Shown here: one piece after another, positions 32,057-42,202 of the stretch
Position numbering within the stretch: the first letter of the stretch is position 1
Layout: each line of letters starts with the position of its first letter
IMG/VR virus record: IMGVR_UViG_3300031088_000782
Span: 107,383-171,382 of that record
Length of the DNA stretch: 64,000 bases
Direction: 5' to 3' (one strand)
From: a virus
The notes under the pieces: generated by a model
Told to the model about the DNA's origin: nothing
What the model saw: only the letters and a program-made list of their open reading frames with translations
Database searches by the model: none
Position numbers and translations under genes: made by a program

Positions 32057-33841
32057 ATGCTCTATACCTTAGATCTGCCGTGGGGAGTTAAACACCCTAA
32101 TGTACAATACTGGAAAGACCAAAAAATCCATGTTTATAAAGGATCCATTCTTCCTGCTGAACTACGTCCTTATGCCAGTGAAGATTTTTCCTATTCAAGA
32201 TGGCGTGAAGATGAACTTAATGGAATGGTGATGCCGCCTGAAAAAAGCGGAACTAAATTTACTCCAAAACCACATCAGGAAGAAGCTGCTAAAAAGATTT
32301 ATAAAGCCTACAATACCGGGCAAAGAGGACTTTTACTGGCAGACAAGACTGGAACTGGAAAAACATTGTCAGCGCTTGCCGGTGTTTCCGCAATGGCAAA
32401 ACATGATGGTTTCGGAGCTAAGAACAAGGGTAAACTACTCGTTGTATGCCCTAAAGGTGTCATTCCGCAATGGCGACAGACTTTACATAATTATCCTGTC
32501 TCAACAGCTCTACTGAGAGTTATGATCATCAATTATCAACAATTAAACAAACTTCTCGAAGCTCCTGCTTCTGCACGAGTAGCGAAAAAACGACACACAA
32601 AGAATAAACAAACATCAGCTAAAGGAAAACCAACAATTGATTGGAATTATGTCATATTTGACGAAGCTCACTCGTTAAAAAATTTCCCTAAATCAACAAC
32701 ATCATTAGCTGCAACTAATATTGCTAAACTTGAAAAAAAATACCGTAAAGGAATAGAACCTTTCACAATTTTCTCAACAGCAACACCAGGAGCATCACCA
32801 TTGAATTTTGCTTGCATGGCAGGAATTGTTGCTCCTTTACTGTCTAATAAGGTCAGTGCAAAAGATGTTACGCCTTCAACTTGGGGAGAATTCCTCGCCC
32901 AAGAAGGATTCGCTATATCAAAAACCAAAGCAGGGTATACTTGGGCAACAGTTCCTTGGTTCGGAAAAAACTCAGACGATCCCCGCGAAAAAAGAAAATA
33001 TGATGTAGCAGTTGCAAAAGCAAAAGCGATCCAAAGAAAAGACGCACAACGAATAGGTAAAGCCTTAACAAAACCAGGTGCACCTTTCATTATGAGATCA
33101 CCTAAAGATTTAGCTGGATGGCCGGAACAGCAAGTTATACCTATGCCTATTCAGTTAACAACAAAACAAATACCCATTTATGAAGAAGCTTGGACAAGAT
33201 TCAGAAACTTCCTTCGTTTGACTCCAGCTAAAAGTGATCCAAAAGGGGCATTAGTAGAAACATTGAGATATCGTCAAAAAGCTTCCTTACTGAAAGTTGA
33301 CTCAATGGTTGACAACGTTGTGGAAATGGTTGAAGCAGGAAATCAAGTATATATTTCTGTTGAATTTATGGAAACAATCGACAGATACAAAGAATTACTC
33401 AACAAAAAGAAAATACTTGTTGCAGAAATGAGCGGAAGAAATGTTTCTGAAAGAGAACAAGAAAGAATTAAATTTCAAAAAGGTGAAGTTGATGTAGTTA
33501 TTTGTACTGTTGTAGCTGGAATCTCTCTACATGCTGAAGAAATATTGCCTGGCGGAAATAAAGCAACTTCAACTAACAGAATAACAGTGTTGCATGATGT
33601 TCGACAAAACAATTTGGATTCTGCACAAGCCCTCGGTAGGGCACATCGAGATGGAAAGAACAGTATTTCCTACATTCCTTTCATCGAAAAAACTGTTGAG
33701 GAAAATATTGTTCAAAGTTTTACTAACAAAACAGCTAATATGCAATCTATGACAGGATCTTCTATTGATGAGTCAGAATTAATGGAAAGACAATTTAGAG
33801 AAGCATCAGCGAAAAGCACTCCCCCTAACAGATTCAGCTAA
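32057..33841 (+). CDS. SF2 (SNF2-like) helicase
   Basis: LLADKTGTGKT, DEAH, TATP, GISLH, QALGRAHR; likely ATG at 32057. Confidence 0.85.
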   Translation: MLYTLDLPWGVKHPNVQYWKDQKIHVYKGSILPAELRPYASEDFSYSRWREDELNGMVMPPEKSGTKFTPKPHQEEAAKKIYKAYNTGQRGLLLADKTGTGKTLSALAGVSAMAKHDGFGAKNKGKLLVVCPKGVIPQWRQTLHNYPVSTALLRVMIINYQQLNKLLEAPASARVAKKRHTKNKQTSAKGKPTIDWNYVIFDEAHSLKNFPKSTTSLAATNIAKLEKKYRKGIEPFTIFSTATPGASPLNFACMAGIVAPLLSNKVSAKDVTPSTWGEFLAQEGFAISKTKAGYTWATVPWFGKNSDDPREKRKYDVAVAKAKAIQRKDAQRIGKALTKPGAPFIMRSPKDLAGWPEQQVIPMPIQLTTKQIPIYEEAWTRFRNFLRLTPAKSDPKGALVETLRYRQKASLLKVDSMVDNVVEMVEAGNQVYISVEFMETIDRYKELLNKKKILVAEMSGRNVSEREQERIKFQKGEVDVVICTVVAGISLHAEEILPGGNKATSTNRITVLHDVRQNNLDSAQALGRAHRDGKNSISYIPFIEKTVEENIVQSFTNKTANMQSMTGSSIDESELMERQFREASAKSTPPNRFS

Positions 33842-33925
33842 TTGTTTTCATTTGATTTGATAATTGGGTAAAATTGTTATAAGCAAAATCTATAAATAAG
33901 ATTTTAAAGGGAGGGTGAATTGATA

Positions 33926-36055
33926 ATGAGAAAAAGAGTCCCAACAAAAGAACAATCTTTAGGAAATAAAATGACTCCTAAAATGTTCAATGAATGGGAT
34001 TCCTCAAAAAATACAAAATCTCCTTTTGAAATTTTTGCCGGTTCTCTTGATAAAACATATTGGATATGTTCTTATTGTGAAAATGAATGGGGAACTCCAG
34101 CAAGATCGATAAAAAATGGATCTGGATGCCCTATATGTTCTAAATACAAAAAAGGGGATATTACTAAAACCCATCCTGAACTTATGCCAGAATGGAATTC
34201 TGAAAATGGAAATCCAAGACAGTATGGAAGCGGAAGTATGAAAATTGTAAAATGGGACTGTGTTGTGTGTTTAAATACATGGGAAGCAACCATTCCATAC
34301 AAAACTCGTGGTGCCAAATGCCCTTATTGTGAAAACAATAAAGCAATTAAAGGGTTTAATGACTTACAAACTACTCATCCTGATCTTTTAAAAGAATGGG
34401 ATTATGATAAAAATATTATCGATCCAAGTTCTCTAACTTTTAAAAACGTAACGAAAGTTTGGTGGAAGTGTGAAAAAGGGCACAATTGGGAAGCAACAAT
34501 TAATCAAAGAATAATAAAAAAAACCAACTGTTCTTTTTGTAGCAATAGAAAAGTTTTGGAAGGTTTTAATGATTTAAAAAGTCAGTACCCTTTTTTGGAA
34601 AAAGAATGGGATTACAAAAAGAACAAAAATTTATTACCTTCAGAAATAGTTTTTGGATCTCATATAAAAGTTTGGTGGAAATGTAGCAAAGACCATAGTT
34701 GGAAAGCAACAATAAGCCATAGATCTCTTGATAATTCAGGATGTCCTTATTGTTCAAAGCTGAGAACAGCAATTGGTGAAAATGATATAAAAACCATTAA
34801 TCCAAACTATTTAACAGAATGGGATTATGAAAAAAATAATATATTGCCATCAAGTGTAACTTTAAATTCGAGTAAAAAAATTTGGTGGAAGTGCAAAAAA
34901 GGACACTCTTGGCAAACAGCTGTATCAGAAAGAACAAGAGGCTATTCTTGCCCCTTTTGTAAGAATCAAAAAATACTAAAAGGATTTAATGATTTAAAAA
35001 CATTGCAACCAAATCTTCTTAAAGAATGGGATTATGAAAAAAATAATGTTTTTCCTGATTGTGTTGGTCAAGGGGCGAAACAAAAAGCGCATTGGATTTG
35101 TAGTAAAAATCATGAATGGGAATCATCTATTTATCATAGAGTCTTTAATAAATCGGGCTGTCCAAATTGTTATCATTTTAACAGTACTTCAAAAAGAGAA
35201 AAAGAATTACTAAAATTTATTCAAGAAAAACTAACTAAAAACAAAATAGTTATCTTCCCAAATGATAGAACTTTAATTCATCCTTATGAGTTGGATATTT
35301 ATATTCCTGAAAAGAATATTGCTATTGAGTTCAATGGGGTTTACTGGCATAGCGAAAAAGCCGGTAAGGATAATAGCTATCATTATAATAAATGGAAGCT
35401 ATGTAAAGAAAAAGGAGTTCAACTCATCACTATTTGGGAAGACGATTGGATTAATAAACAAGACGTTATCAAGTCAATGTTAAGCCATAAATTAAACTCT
35501 TCTCAAAATGACAAAGTTTATGCCAGAAAAACAGAAATTTCAGAAATTGATTATATTACTGCAAGAAACTTTTTAGACAAAAACCATATTCAAGGATCCA
35601 TGTCAGGGTCAAAATATATTTCATTGAAACACGAAAATGAAATAGTTGCTGTATCGGTATGGAAAAAGAAAGATCCATTCACTGTATACTTAGAAAGGTA
35701 TGCTACTTCAAAAATTGTTGTTGGCGGAATGGGAAAATTAATTTCTTATGTTCAAAACAATACATATGTAAATCAAAATATAGTCACTTTCGCATCCCAT
35801 GAAGTTAGCAATGGAAAACTTTATGAAGATTTAGGTTTTATTAAAGACAAAGAAATACCTCCAGATTATGCATATGTTGTCAACAGTGCAAGGAAACACA
35901 AGTTTGGATACAGAAAGTCTAAATTTGAGAAAGATCCTAATTTATTATTTGATAAGAATTTAACCGAAAAAGAATTGGCTGAATTAAATGGATTATATCG
36001 AACATGGGATTGCGGGAAAACTCGATATATCCTTCACCCTAACAGATTTAGTTAA
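33926..36055 (+). CDS. Zinc-ribbon repeat nuclease, copy 3
   Basis: Same architecture as the copies at 16-19.7 kb. Confidence 0.75.
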   Translation: MRKRVPTKEQSLGNKMTPKMFNEWDSSKNTKSPFEIFAGSLDKTYWICSYCENEWGTPARSIKNGSGCPICSKYKKGDITKTHPELMPEWNSENGNPRQYGSGSMKIVKWDCVVCLNTWEATIPYKTRGAKCPYCENNKAIKGFNDLQTTHPDLLKEWDYDKNIIDPSSLTFKNVTKVWWKCEKGHNWEATINQRIIKKTNCSFCSNRKVLEGFNDLKSQYPFLEKEWDYKKNKNLLPSEIVFGSHIKVWWKCSKDHSWKATISHRSLDNSGCPYCSKLRTAIGENDIKTINPNYLTEWDYEKNNILPSSVTLNSSKKIWWKCKKGHSWQTAVSERTRGYSCPFCKNQKILKGFNDLKTLQPNLLKEWDYEKNNVFPDCVGQGAKQKAHWICSKNHEWESSIYHRVFNKSGCPNCYHFNSTSKREKELLKFIQEKLTKNKIVIFPNDRTLIHPYELDIYIPEKNIAIEFNGVYWHSEKAGKDNSYHYNKWKLCKEKGVQLITIWEDDWINKQDVIKSMLSHKLNSSQNDKVYARKTEISEIDYITARNFLDKNHIQGSMSGSKYISLKHENEIVAVSVWKKKDPFTVYLERYATSKIVVGGMGKLISYVQNNTYVNQNIVTFASHEVSNGKLYEDLGFIKDKEIPPDYAYVVNSARKHKFGYRKSKFEKDPNLLFDKNLTEKELAELNGLYRTWDCGKTRYILHPNRFS

Positions 36056-36188
36056 AAATTATGTTAAAAAATGTGATTTTCGCAACATTTAAGCAATGAA
36101 GCGATAAAAACGGTTGAAAACATACCTAAACCTCTGATAATATTAATGTAAAGATAAAAATCATTAATAATCAGGGGTTTAGTGTGTA

Positions 36189-36614
36189 ATGACTGAAATA
36201 ACAGCAACTAAAGAAAATATTTTAGAAGAAAATTCAAGTAAGATTTTTGACAACATCATGAGTATTATCAAAGATGTAAGCAAAGCAACTCGATCTTCTT
36301 ATGTCAAAGAAAAAATTGTTGAACAAGAAAAATACATTTACGAAGCAAAAGTAGATAATGCTTTACATAGATTTATTCAAATTGATGAACTTTTGAAACA
36401 TGCGAAACAGCCAAAATTTTATCATTCATCAGAAAAGAAACAGAAGATTGAAGAAAATTTAGCCTTTTGGGAAATTAAAAGAGAAGAAAGTATTCAGAAT
36501 TTCAAGAAAATCGCTCTATCCATTCCTGACAATATGAATAGAGATGAGATCAGCAGACTTGTTTCACTGTATTTTGAAAAGTTTGAAATTATTGCTGAAA
36601 CCGAGATTATTTAA
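36189..36614 (+). CDS. Hypothetical protein
   Basis: 141 aa ORF. Confidence 0.6.
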   Translation: MTEITATKENILEENSSKIFDNIMSIIKDVSKATRSSYVKEKIVEQEKYIYEAKVDNALHRFIQIDELLKHAKQPKFYHSSEKKQKIEENLAFWEIKREESIQNFKKIALSIPDNMNRDEISRLVSLYFEKFEIIAETEII

Positions 36615-36898
36615 TTTTTTAAAAAATATTTAATAATGATCTTGCATTCTACGATTTTATTTGTTATAATGAATTTCACAAACATATTTTGAAAATATTT
36701 CGTCAATATTTAACAAGAAAAAGTACATGTTGATATTGTATTTTTGAAATTTGTTAGAAAAAGATTTCAGCTTTTGAGAAAGAATATTTTCGAATGTTGA
36801 TATTATTGAAAGTTTCTTTGATAAGATGAACTTGTCGAAGAAAAAGACAAAACGATATTAATGAGCACCAACTAATTTTTAAGAAGGAGGAACAACTA

Positions 36899-37075
36899 AT
36901 GACTACGATGATTAATTCCGTAATTACCGCGACATCAGATCGCGATCAGTTGTTCGCTCCCTCACAGCTCCCGGTGGGAAACATGCTTAATAATGGCTTT
37001 AAGCAATCAGCCGGGAATAAATGTGAGCATAGTTGGTGCGACAGAAAACATAGTTATCATAATTTGAATAAATAA
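36899..37075 (+). CDS. Small ORF (58 aa) with strong RBS
   Basis: AAGGAGG 7 nt upstream of ATG; MTTMINSVITATSDRDQLF... Confidence 0.5.
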   Translation: MTTMINSVITATSDRDQLFAPSQLPVGNMLNNGFKQSAGNKCEHSWCDRKHSYHNLNK

Positions 37076-37751
37076 GTTTTCTACTCAGGTCATAAACGCA
37101 CAAGACCTGCCACCAAATAAAAATTCCCTTGGAAACAGGGTTGAAATGTGCAAATCCCTTAAAAAACAAAGTAAAAAGAAATAAATTTAATAATATTTTT
37201 GTTAAGGACTGTCCCAGAGTTGACACGAGAGAAAAATATGTTAAACTGATTTCTACAAAACTGAATAAAGGGAATTCTTAATACAAAGACTTTCCTTACA
37301 GCATTTGACTTGAAAGAGAAAAATGTGTTATAGTTACGAATAGCAATCAAATTATATAAAATATTGATGACTGACACAGAGTTGACACGAGATAATGAAT
37401 GTGATAAGATTGAAAACGTAACAACGACAAATCAAAGCAATTTGGTTTTGTAAGGTTTAAAAATGAATAACAGGTTGGTGCACGAGCCAAGGAAGAAAAA
37501 GTGATGACGCAATCGGACGTTACTCTAGAAAAGAAAATCCGTGATTGACACTGTTGAAAGTGTGAAAACTTTCTGAACATTGTTGAAGTAAGGCCGGGAG
37601 GCAAAATTTCAATGATTAGGATGTGGATCGCCGCTCATGCGGACAAAAATGATTTTGGTTAATCATTCGTTCATAGTATAAATAAGTAACGCTATGAAAT
37701 TGACGAATGATTAAATCTTCGTCAATGTTGCTTATTTCAGCATTGATATAT

Positions 37752-37824
37752 TCCCCTGTAGCTCAATTGGCAGAGCATTCGGCTGTTAACCGGAGGGTTC
37801 TTGGTTCAAGTCCAAGTGGGGGAG
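37752..37824 (+). tRNA. tRNA-Asn(GTT)
   Basis: Cloverleaf, loop ctGTTaa. Confidence 0.92.
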
Positions 37825-38021
37825 CGCGGCTGAAAAATCATTTGGCCTTTATTAAATATATGCGAAATAATTGAAGCACCACGCAATGAAACTGTTCAAA
37901 ATATTCCTTTTCGCAGGTTTATGATTTTGTTTTGAATAAGTCTTGTAAGATAATGATTTCTATGATTCAAGGTGGAACAAAGATAAATAATCTTTGCTTG
38001 ATAATATTAATCATTATATTT

Positions 38022-38093
38022 GCCCCTCTAGCTCAGAGGCAGAGCAACGGTCTTTTAAACCGTGGGTCGAGATTTCGAAATTCTCGGGGGGCA
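38022..38093 (+). tRNA. tRNA-Lys(TTT)
   Basis: Cloverleaf, ctTTTaa; atypical T arm. Confidence 0.88.
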
Positions 38094-38327
38094 CAATTGG
38101 GACTGCACACACTGTCGATGTGAAGCGGTCCTGAGTTAAACCACTGATCTGCCATGTGTAGAATTCAGTATCTTTCTCCGTTGTATCGCAGTATGACGGA
38201 GAATGCTTATCGCTATCTGACAGTAGCGGTAATAGAAAACGAGTTATTGATGCACGTCTGTCAGCGTCATGGATAATCATTGCGACAATGACCGGCATGG
38301 ATAGTCCGGTTAAAAACGTTTTCATAT

Positions 38328-38400
38328 TCCCTTATAGCTCAGTTGGCAGAGCGTTTGACTGTTAATCAAAATGTCCCTGGTTCGAGTCCAGGTGGGGGAG
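38328..38400 (+). tRNA. tRNA-Asn(GTT)
   Basis: Cloverleaf, ctGTTaa. Confidence 0.92.
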
Positions 38401-38481
38401 CACAGTGACAAAAATTGCTGTAACAATGCTCTAGAAGCGTTACGTAAATAATTGATAAAATATTCATCAATTATTTAATGT

Positions 38482-38555
38482 AGCTGGGTGGGGAAGTTAG
38501 GTATCCCGTCGTGTTCATAACTCGAAGATCGTTGGTTCAAATCCAACCCTAGCCA
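38482..38555 (+). tRNA. tRNA-Met(CAT), initiator-like
   Basis: ttCATaa, A1:C72 mismatch. Confidence 0.8.
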
Positions 38556-38585
38556 CTATTTTTAACAAATATTGTTGAAAAATAT

Positions 38586-38660
38586 CCAGATATAGGAAAG
38601 TTTGGTCATTCCGCCTAGTTAGGGGCTAGGAGATCGCAGGTTCGAATCCTGCTATCTGGA
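38586..38660 (+). tRNA. tRNA-Pro(AGG)
   Basis: cctag-ttAGGgg-ctagg, C1-G72. Confidence 0.88.
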
Positions 38661-38797
38661 CAAATGTTATAGAAGTATCATAAGCCATGAGAAAATATAA
38701 CATTGATAAAAGTTGAACACCCTCGTAAAAATGTTTGCGAATATATTCTAGGCTAGTTTATATTGGGCTGAACGCGCATTTTCTTTTATCGCCTTAA

Positions 38798-38870
38798 TCC
38801 TCTATGGTGGAATGGTTTAACACTCTTGGCTCTTAACCTTGAGATCTAGGTTCGAATCCTAGTGGGGGAA
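38798..38870 (+). tRNA. tRNA-Lys(CTT), weak anticodon stem
   Basis: ctCTTaa with two T-T mismatches in the stem. Confidence 0.7.
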
Positions 38871-38872
38871 CT

Positions 38873-38945
38873 GTGGTCGTAGCTCAATTGGTAGAGCGTC
38901 TGCTTGTGGCGCAGATGGTTGGGGGTTCAAGTCCCCTCGATCACC
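38873..38945 (+). tRNA. tRNA-His(GTG), no encoded G-1
   Basis: ttGTGgc, C73; preceding base is T. Confidence 0.88.
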
Positions 38946-39029
38946 CTATGGGACGGCAATCCCTAGTGTTTTATCATCGGGTCTGTTTTGCCGAACAGAA
39001 TAAGATGTAGCCAACACTTTAAACATGGC

Positions 39030-39103
39030 TCCCTAATGGTCTAGTTTGGTTAGGGCACATCCGCGTGGAGGGTGGGGCGTAGGTTCAAATCCTACTTAGG
39101 GAA
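39030..39103 (+). tRNA. Atypical tRNA, anticodon GTG with G32/C33 and A73
   Basis: Full cloverleaf TCCCTAA/TTAGGGA, loop gcGTGga. Confidence 0.6.
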
Positions 39104-39234
39104 CGGTTTCGAAAGGAACTACTGAAATGCGCAATTTCGAGTGGATAGTATCATTGGGTGCTGTTTATCTTAAATAGTTAAGCTGACTATGCAGGTGAGA
39201 CAGTATAAGATGTAGTTACCACTATAAACAAAAC

Positions 39235-39307
39235 TCCCTGATAAGTCTCAAGAGGTAGAGCTGGCAATACGCGTCCGGTTGTGGGTTCAAGTCCCACTCA
39301 TAGGGAA
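39235..39307 (+). ncRNA. Degenerate tRNA-like element
   Basis: D-like arm, canonical T arm, bulged acceptor stem, no clean anticodon arm. Confidence 0.5.
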
Positions 39308-39325
39308 CAATTCTGAAAAGAATAT

Positions 39326-39398
<73 letters not shown>

Positions 39399-39421
39399 CT
39401 TGATTACAAAAGTAATCATAT

Positions 39422-39492
39422 GCGGATATGGTGTAGTGGTAGCACAAGAGCTTCCAACCCTCTTGGTCAGAGTTCGATTCTTTGTGTCCGTG
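39422..39492 (+). tRNA. tRNA with CCA anticodon (Trp; Gly-like body)
   Basis: agagc-ttCCAac-cctct with C31:C39 mismatch, G73. Confidence 0.6.
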
Positions 39493-39585
39493 CTGAATAT
39501 GCAAAAATATTCATAAATTTTTAACAAATATAACCTTTGGGAAGTAATTAAGGTTCGATTCTGTCTGTTGTATTTGTTAAATTAT

Positions 39586-39658
39586 GGGGGTATGGCGCAA
39601 TTGGTAGCGCATCTGCTTTGCAAGCAGAGGGTTACGGGTTCGAGTCCCGTTATCTCCA
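39586..39658 (+). tRNA. tRNA-Ala(TGC)
   Basis: ttTGCaa, G3:U70. Confidence 0.93.
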
Positions 39659-39659
39659 C

Positions 39660-39734
39660 AGCTGGGTAGAGAAGTTCGGTTATCTCGTCAGGTTCATATC
39701 CTGAAGATCGTGGGTTCAAATCCCACCCTAGCCA
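39660..39734 (+). tRNA. tRNA-Met(CAT), initiator-like
   Basis: ttCATat, A1:C72 mismatch. Confidence 0.82.
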
Positions 39735-39832
39735 CAATCTAAATCACAGGATGATTTAGCGGATTCCAGGGGTAATTCGTTAGCGTTCCATTGAAAAATG
39801 GTAGACAAGATTCTAAAAAGCAGACCCAATAT

Positions 39833-39905
39833 GGCGGCAGTGGCAGACTGGTAATGCGCTTGACTGTGGCTCAAGTATATGCGGGTTCAATTCCCGTCTG
39901 TCGCC
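39833..39905 (+). tRNA. tRNA-His(GTG) with G-1
   Basis: ctGTGgc, C73. Confidence 0.9.
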
Positions 39906-39944
39906 CAAATTTTTATTAATATTATAAAATATGTTAATAAATTT

Positions 39945-40018
39945 GGTCCTATAGCTCAGTTGGTTAGAGCATTACCTCGACACGGTAAAGGTCACTGGTT
40001 CGAATCCAGTTAGGATCA
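39945..40018 (+). tRNA. tRNA-Val(GAC)
   Basis: tcGACac (C33). Confidence 0.88.
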
Positions 40019-40060
40019 CGTATTGTTTAAATATTAATTAATATTTTAAATAATATCTAT

Positions 40061-40150
40061 GGAAGTGTGGTCGAGTCTGGCTTATGGCACCTGTTTTGAA
40101 CACAGACGTAGCGTAAAAAACTACCGGGGGTTCGAATCCCTCCACTTCCG
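40061..40150 (+). tRNA. tRNA-Ser(TGA)
   Basis: ttTGAac, long variable arm, G73. Confidence 0.88.
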
Positions 40151-40260
40151 CTTTATACAAATAATAATTGTATAATTTTCACAATTTATTTGACAAAATA
40201 ATTGACTAATGCTATATTTAAGTTAATAAATAAATTTGGTAATTAAATAGTGGAAAATAT

Positions 40261-40332
40261 TGTCCTATGGTGTAATCGGCAACACAATGGTTTCTGGTAC
40301 CGTTATTCTAGGTTCGAGTCCTAGTAGGACAG
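40261..40332 (+). tRNA. tRNA-Gln(CTG)
   Basis: ttCTGgt. Confidence 0.92.
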
Positions 40333-40366
40333 CTTAGAGGATAAAACCTCTTTAAAAATATTTTAT

Positions 40367-40438
40367 GCCTCTATAGCTCAAAGGAAGAGCATATGGTTTC
40401 TACCCATCAGGTTGGGGGTTCGAATCCCTCTAGAGGTG
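40367..40438 (+). tRNA. tRNA-Arg(TCT)
   Basis: ttTCTac. Confidence 0.88.
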
Positions 40439-40492
40439 CTGAGAATAAAATCTCAAAAATTCAATAATATTTTTATAATATTATTGAAATAT

Positions 40493-40564
40493 GGCGGTGT
40501 GTCCGAAAGGTTTAGGTAACAGTCTGCAAAACTGTGTATGCCGGTTCGAGTCCGGTCACCGCTT
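40493..40564 (+). tRNA. tRNA-Cys(GCA)
   Basis: ctGCAaa, U73. Confidence 0.92.
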
Positions 40565-40664
40565 CGAAGTTTGCCTGAAGCCAACTCAGCAAATGCTTGA
40601 TAGGTAGCCCCTTGAATAGCGGCGGAATCGCGTTTTCGCTACTGAAGGATAACAAACTTCTCCA

Positions 40665-40737
40665 GCCTCCATATTTCTAATGGATAAGATACTCGGCTAC
40701 GAACCGAATGATGTGGGTTCGAATCCCGCTGGAGGTA
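40665..40737 (+). tRNA. tRNA-Arg(ACG)
   Basis: ctACGaa. Confidence 0.85.
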
Positions 40738-40857
40738 CTCACAGGCTGATTTTCCCAGCTTGTTAAAATAAATGGGATTAAGAAGGCGGGAACAAGATCT
40801 CCCGTTATGCTTATGATAAGGTCACTCGGACTTAATGCGCTGTTTGGCTTTATCTTT

Positions 40858-40931
40858 GGCTGTGTAGCTCAGTTGGTTAGAGCGTTGCCCTGTCACGGCA
40901 AAGGTCGCGGGTTCGAGTCCCGTCACGGTCG
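40858..40931 (+). tRNA. tRNA-Asp(GTC)
   Basis: ctGTCac, G73. Confidence 0.93.
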
Positions 40932-41027
40932 CGTTTAAACAATATTTCCACAACATTGTTTAAATATTATTGAAATTTGACAAACATTTCATAAAATGCT
41001 ATAATTTCAATATACAACAAAATATAT

Positions 41028-41111
41028 GCATCAGTAAAGCGTAATTGGCAGCGCCGGTGACTGTAAATCATCTCTCTTCGGGGTCTGGGGGTTCAAGTCC
41101 CTCCTGATGCA
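41028..41111 (+). tRNA. tRNA-Tyr(GTA)
   Basis: ctGTAaa, variable arm. Confidence 0.88.
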
Positions 41112-41199
41112 CTTTGATAAATGGTAAATAATATTTATCAAATCATTTGACAACATTAAACAAGTGTGATAGAATGAATAAAGAAAATTAAATAAATAT

Positions 41200-41274
41200 G
41201 GGGATGTAGTGTTTAACGGTTCAGCATATGAGTCTTCCAAACTTAGGGTGCGGGTTCGAATCCCGTCATCCCCT
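41200..41274 (+). tRNA. tRNA-Gly(TCC)
   Basis: ctTCCaa, U73. Confidence 0.9.
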
Positions 41275-41357
41275 CGCTTAATTAAATTTGACAATTATTC
41301 TTCAATATGATAGAATAATTATTGAAATTAGTTAGTTAAAGAAAAAATGAATAGTAT

Positions 41358-41430
41358 GCCCCATTGGAGTAGTGGTTATCTCACCTGACTTTCAATCAGG
41401 AGAAGGCCGGATCGTAACCGGCATGGGGTA
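41358..41430 (+). tRNA. tRNA-Glu(TTC)
   Basis: ctTTCaa; T loop ATCGTAA. Confidence 0.88.
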
Positions 41431-41567
41431 CTAAATCTTAGAGTAAAATCTAAGTATTGAATAAAATTATAGAATTTTATTCAATAGGCTTTAAATAGCC
41501 CAAGTTGATATAAGCAAACTTGACTACCTCGGGTGTAACGACCTTGAAAAGAAACGGGCTTATAAAT

Positions 41568-41661
41568 GGAAGTGTGGCTGAGCTAGGTTTAAAGCATCTC
41601 ACTGCTAATGAGACATACCTCACAAAATGAGGTATCGCAGGTTCGAATCCTGTCACTTCCG
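41568..41661 (+). tRNA. tRNA-Ser(GCT)
   Basis: ctGCTaa, long variable arm. Confidence 0.92.
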
Positions 41662-41827
41662 CTGAAATGTAGATTATTACTGAAATTAATTGAATAAGTC
41701 GACAATTCAATTAATAAAGGTTGATCACAATTTATTCATTTTGGTCGCTCCTTGATGAATTTGTGAAATAATAGATCGTCAGCTTAGGCGGCTGAAGGAC
41801 TAGTGAGACCCTAGCATTTCAACATTT

Positions 41828-41900
41828 GCGAAAGTAACTCAATTGGTAGAGTTTCTGACTTCCAATCAGAATGTTGCGGGTTCAAGTCCCGTCTTTCGCT
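41828..41900 (+). tRNA. tRNA-Gly(TCC)
   Basis: ctTCCaa. Confidence 0.92.
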
Positions 41901-42104
41901 CAAAAATTTCATAATAATTAAAATATTTTTATAAAACTTTAAAAATGAGTTGACAACGAAATTTAGTTGTGTTAGTATTATATATATAAGCAACACAGCG
42001 GATTGAAAAGTTAATAGTGGAAAATTTTAGGAATAATATGTTTTACTTTATATTTAAAAGTAAAGTATTAGGGTATATTTTAGGTTCGATTCCTATTATT
42101 CCTA

Positions 42105-42202
42105 CGAGGATCGAAAAGTCATGGGTTCGATTCCCATATAGTCCACATATTCATGGGCTATTGATGAAATGGTATCATATTTTGACAGGACCGTGAAACT
42201 CG
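42105..42202 (+). ncRNA. Circularly permuted tRNA-like RNA (YrlA/Y RNA-like)
   Basis: Order T arm, closed acceptor hairpin, D arm; flanked by GGATCGAAAA / TTTTGAC. Confidence 0.7.

Noticed and set aside
39150..39200. Pistol ribozyme (TTAAATAG...AGGTG)
   Set aside because: No P1 hairpin/pseudoknot pairing or GCG junction; a long simple hairpin explains the sequence better
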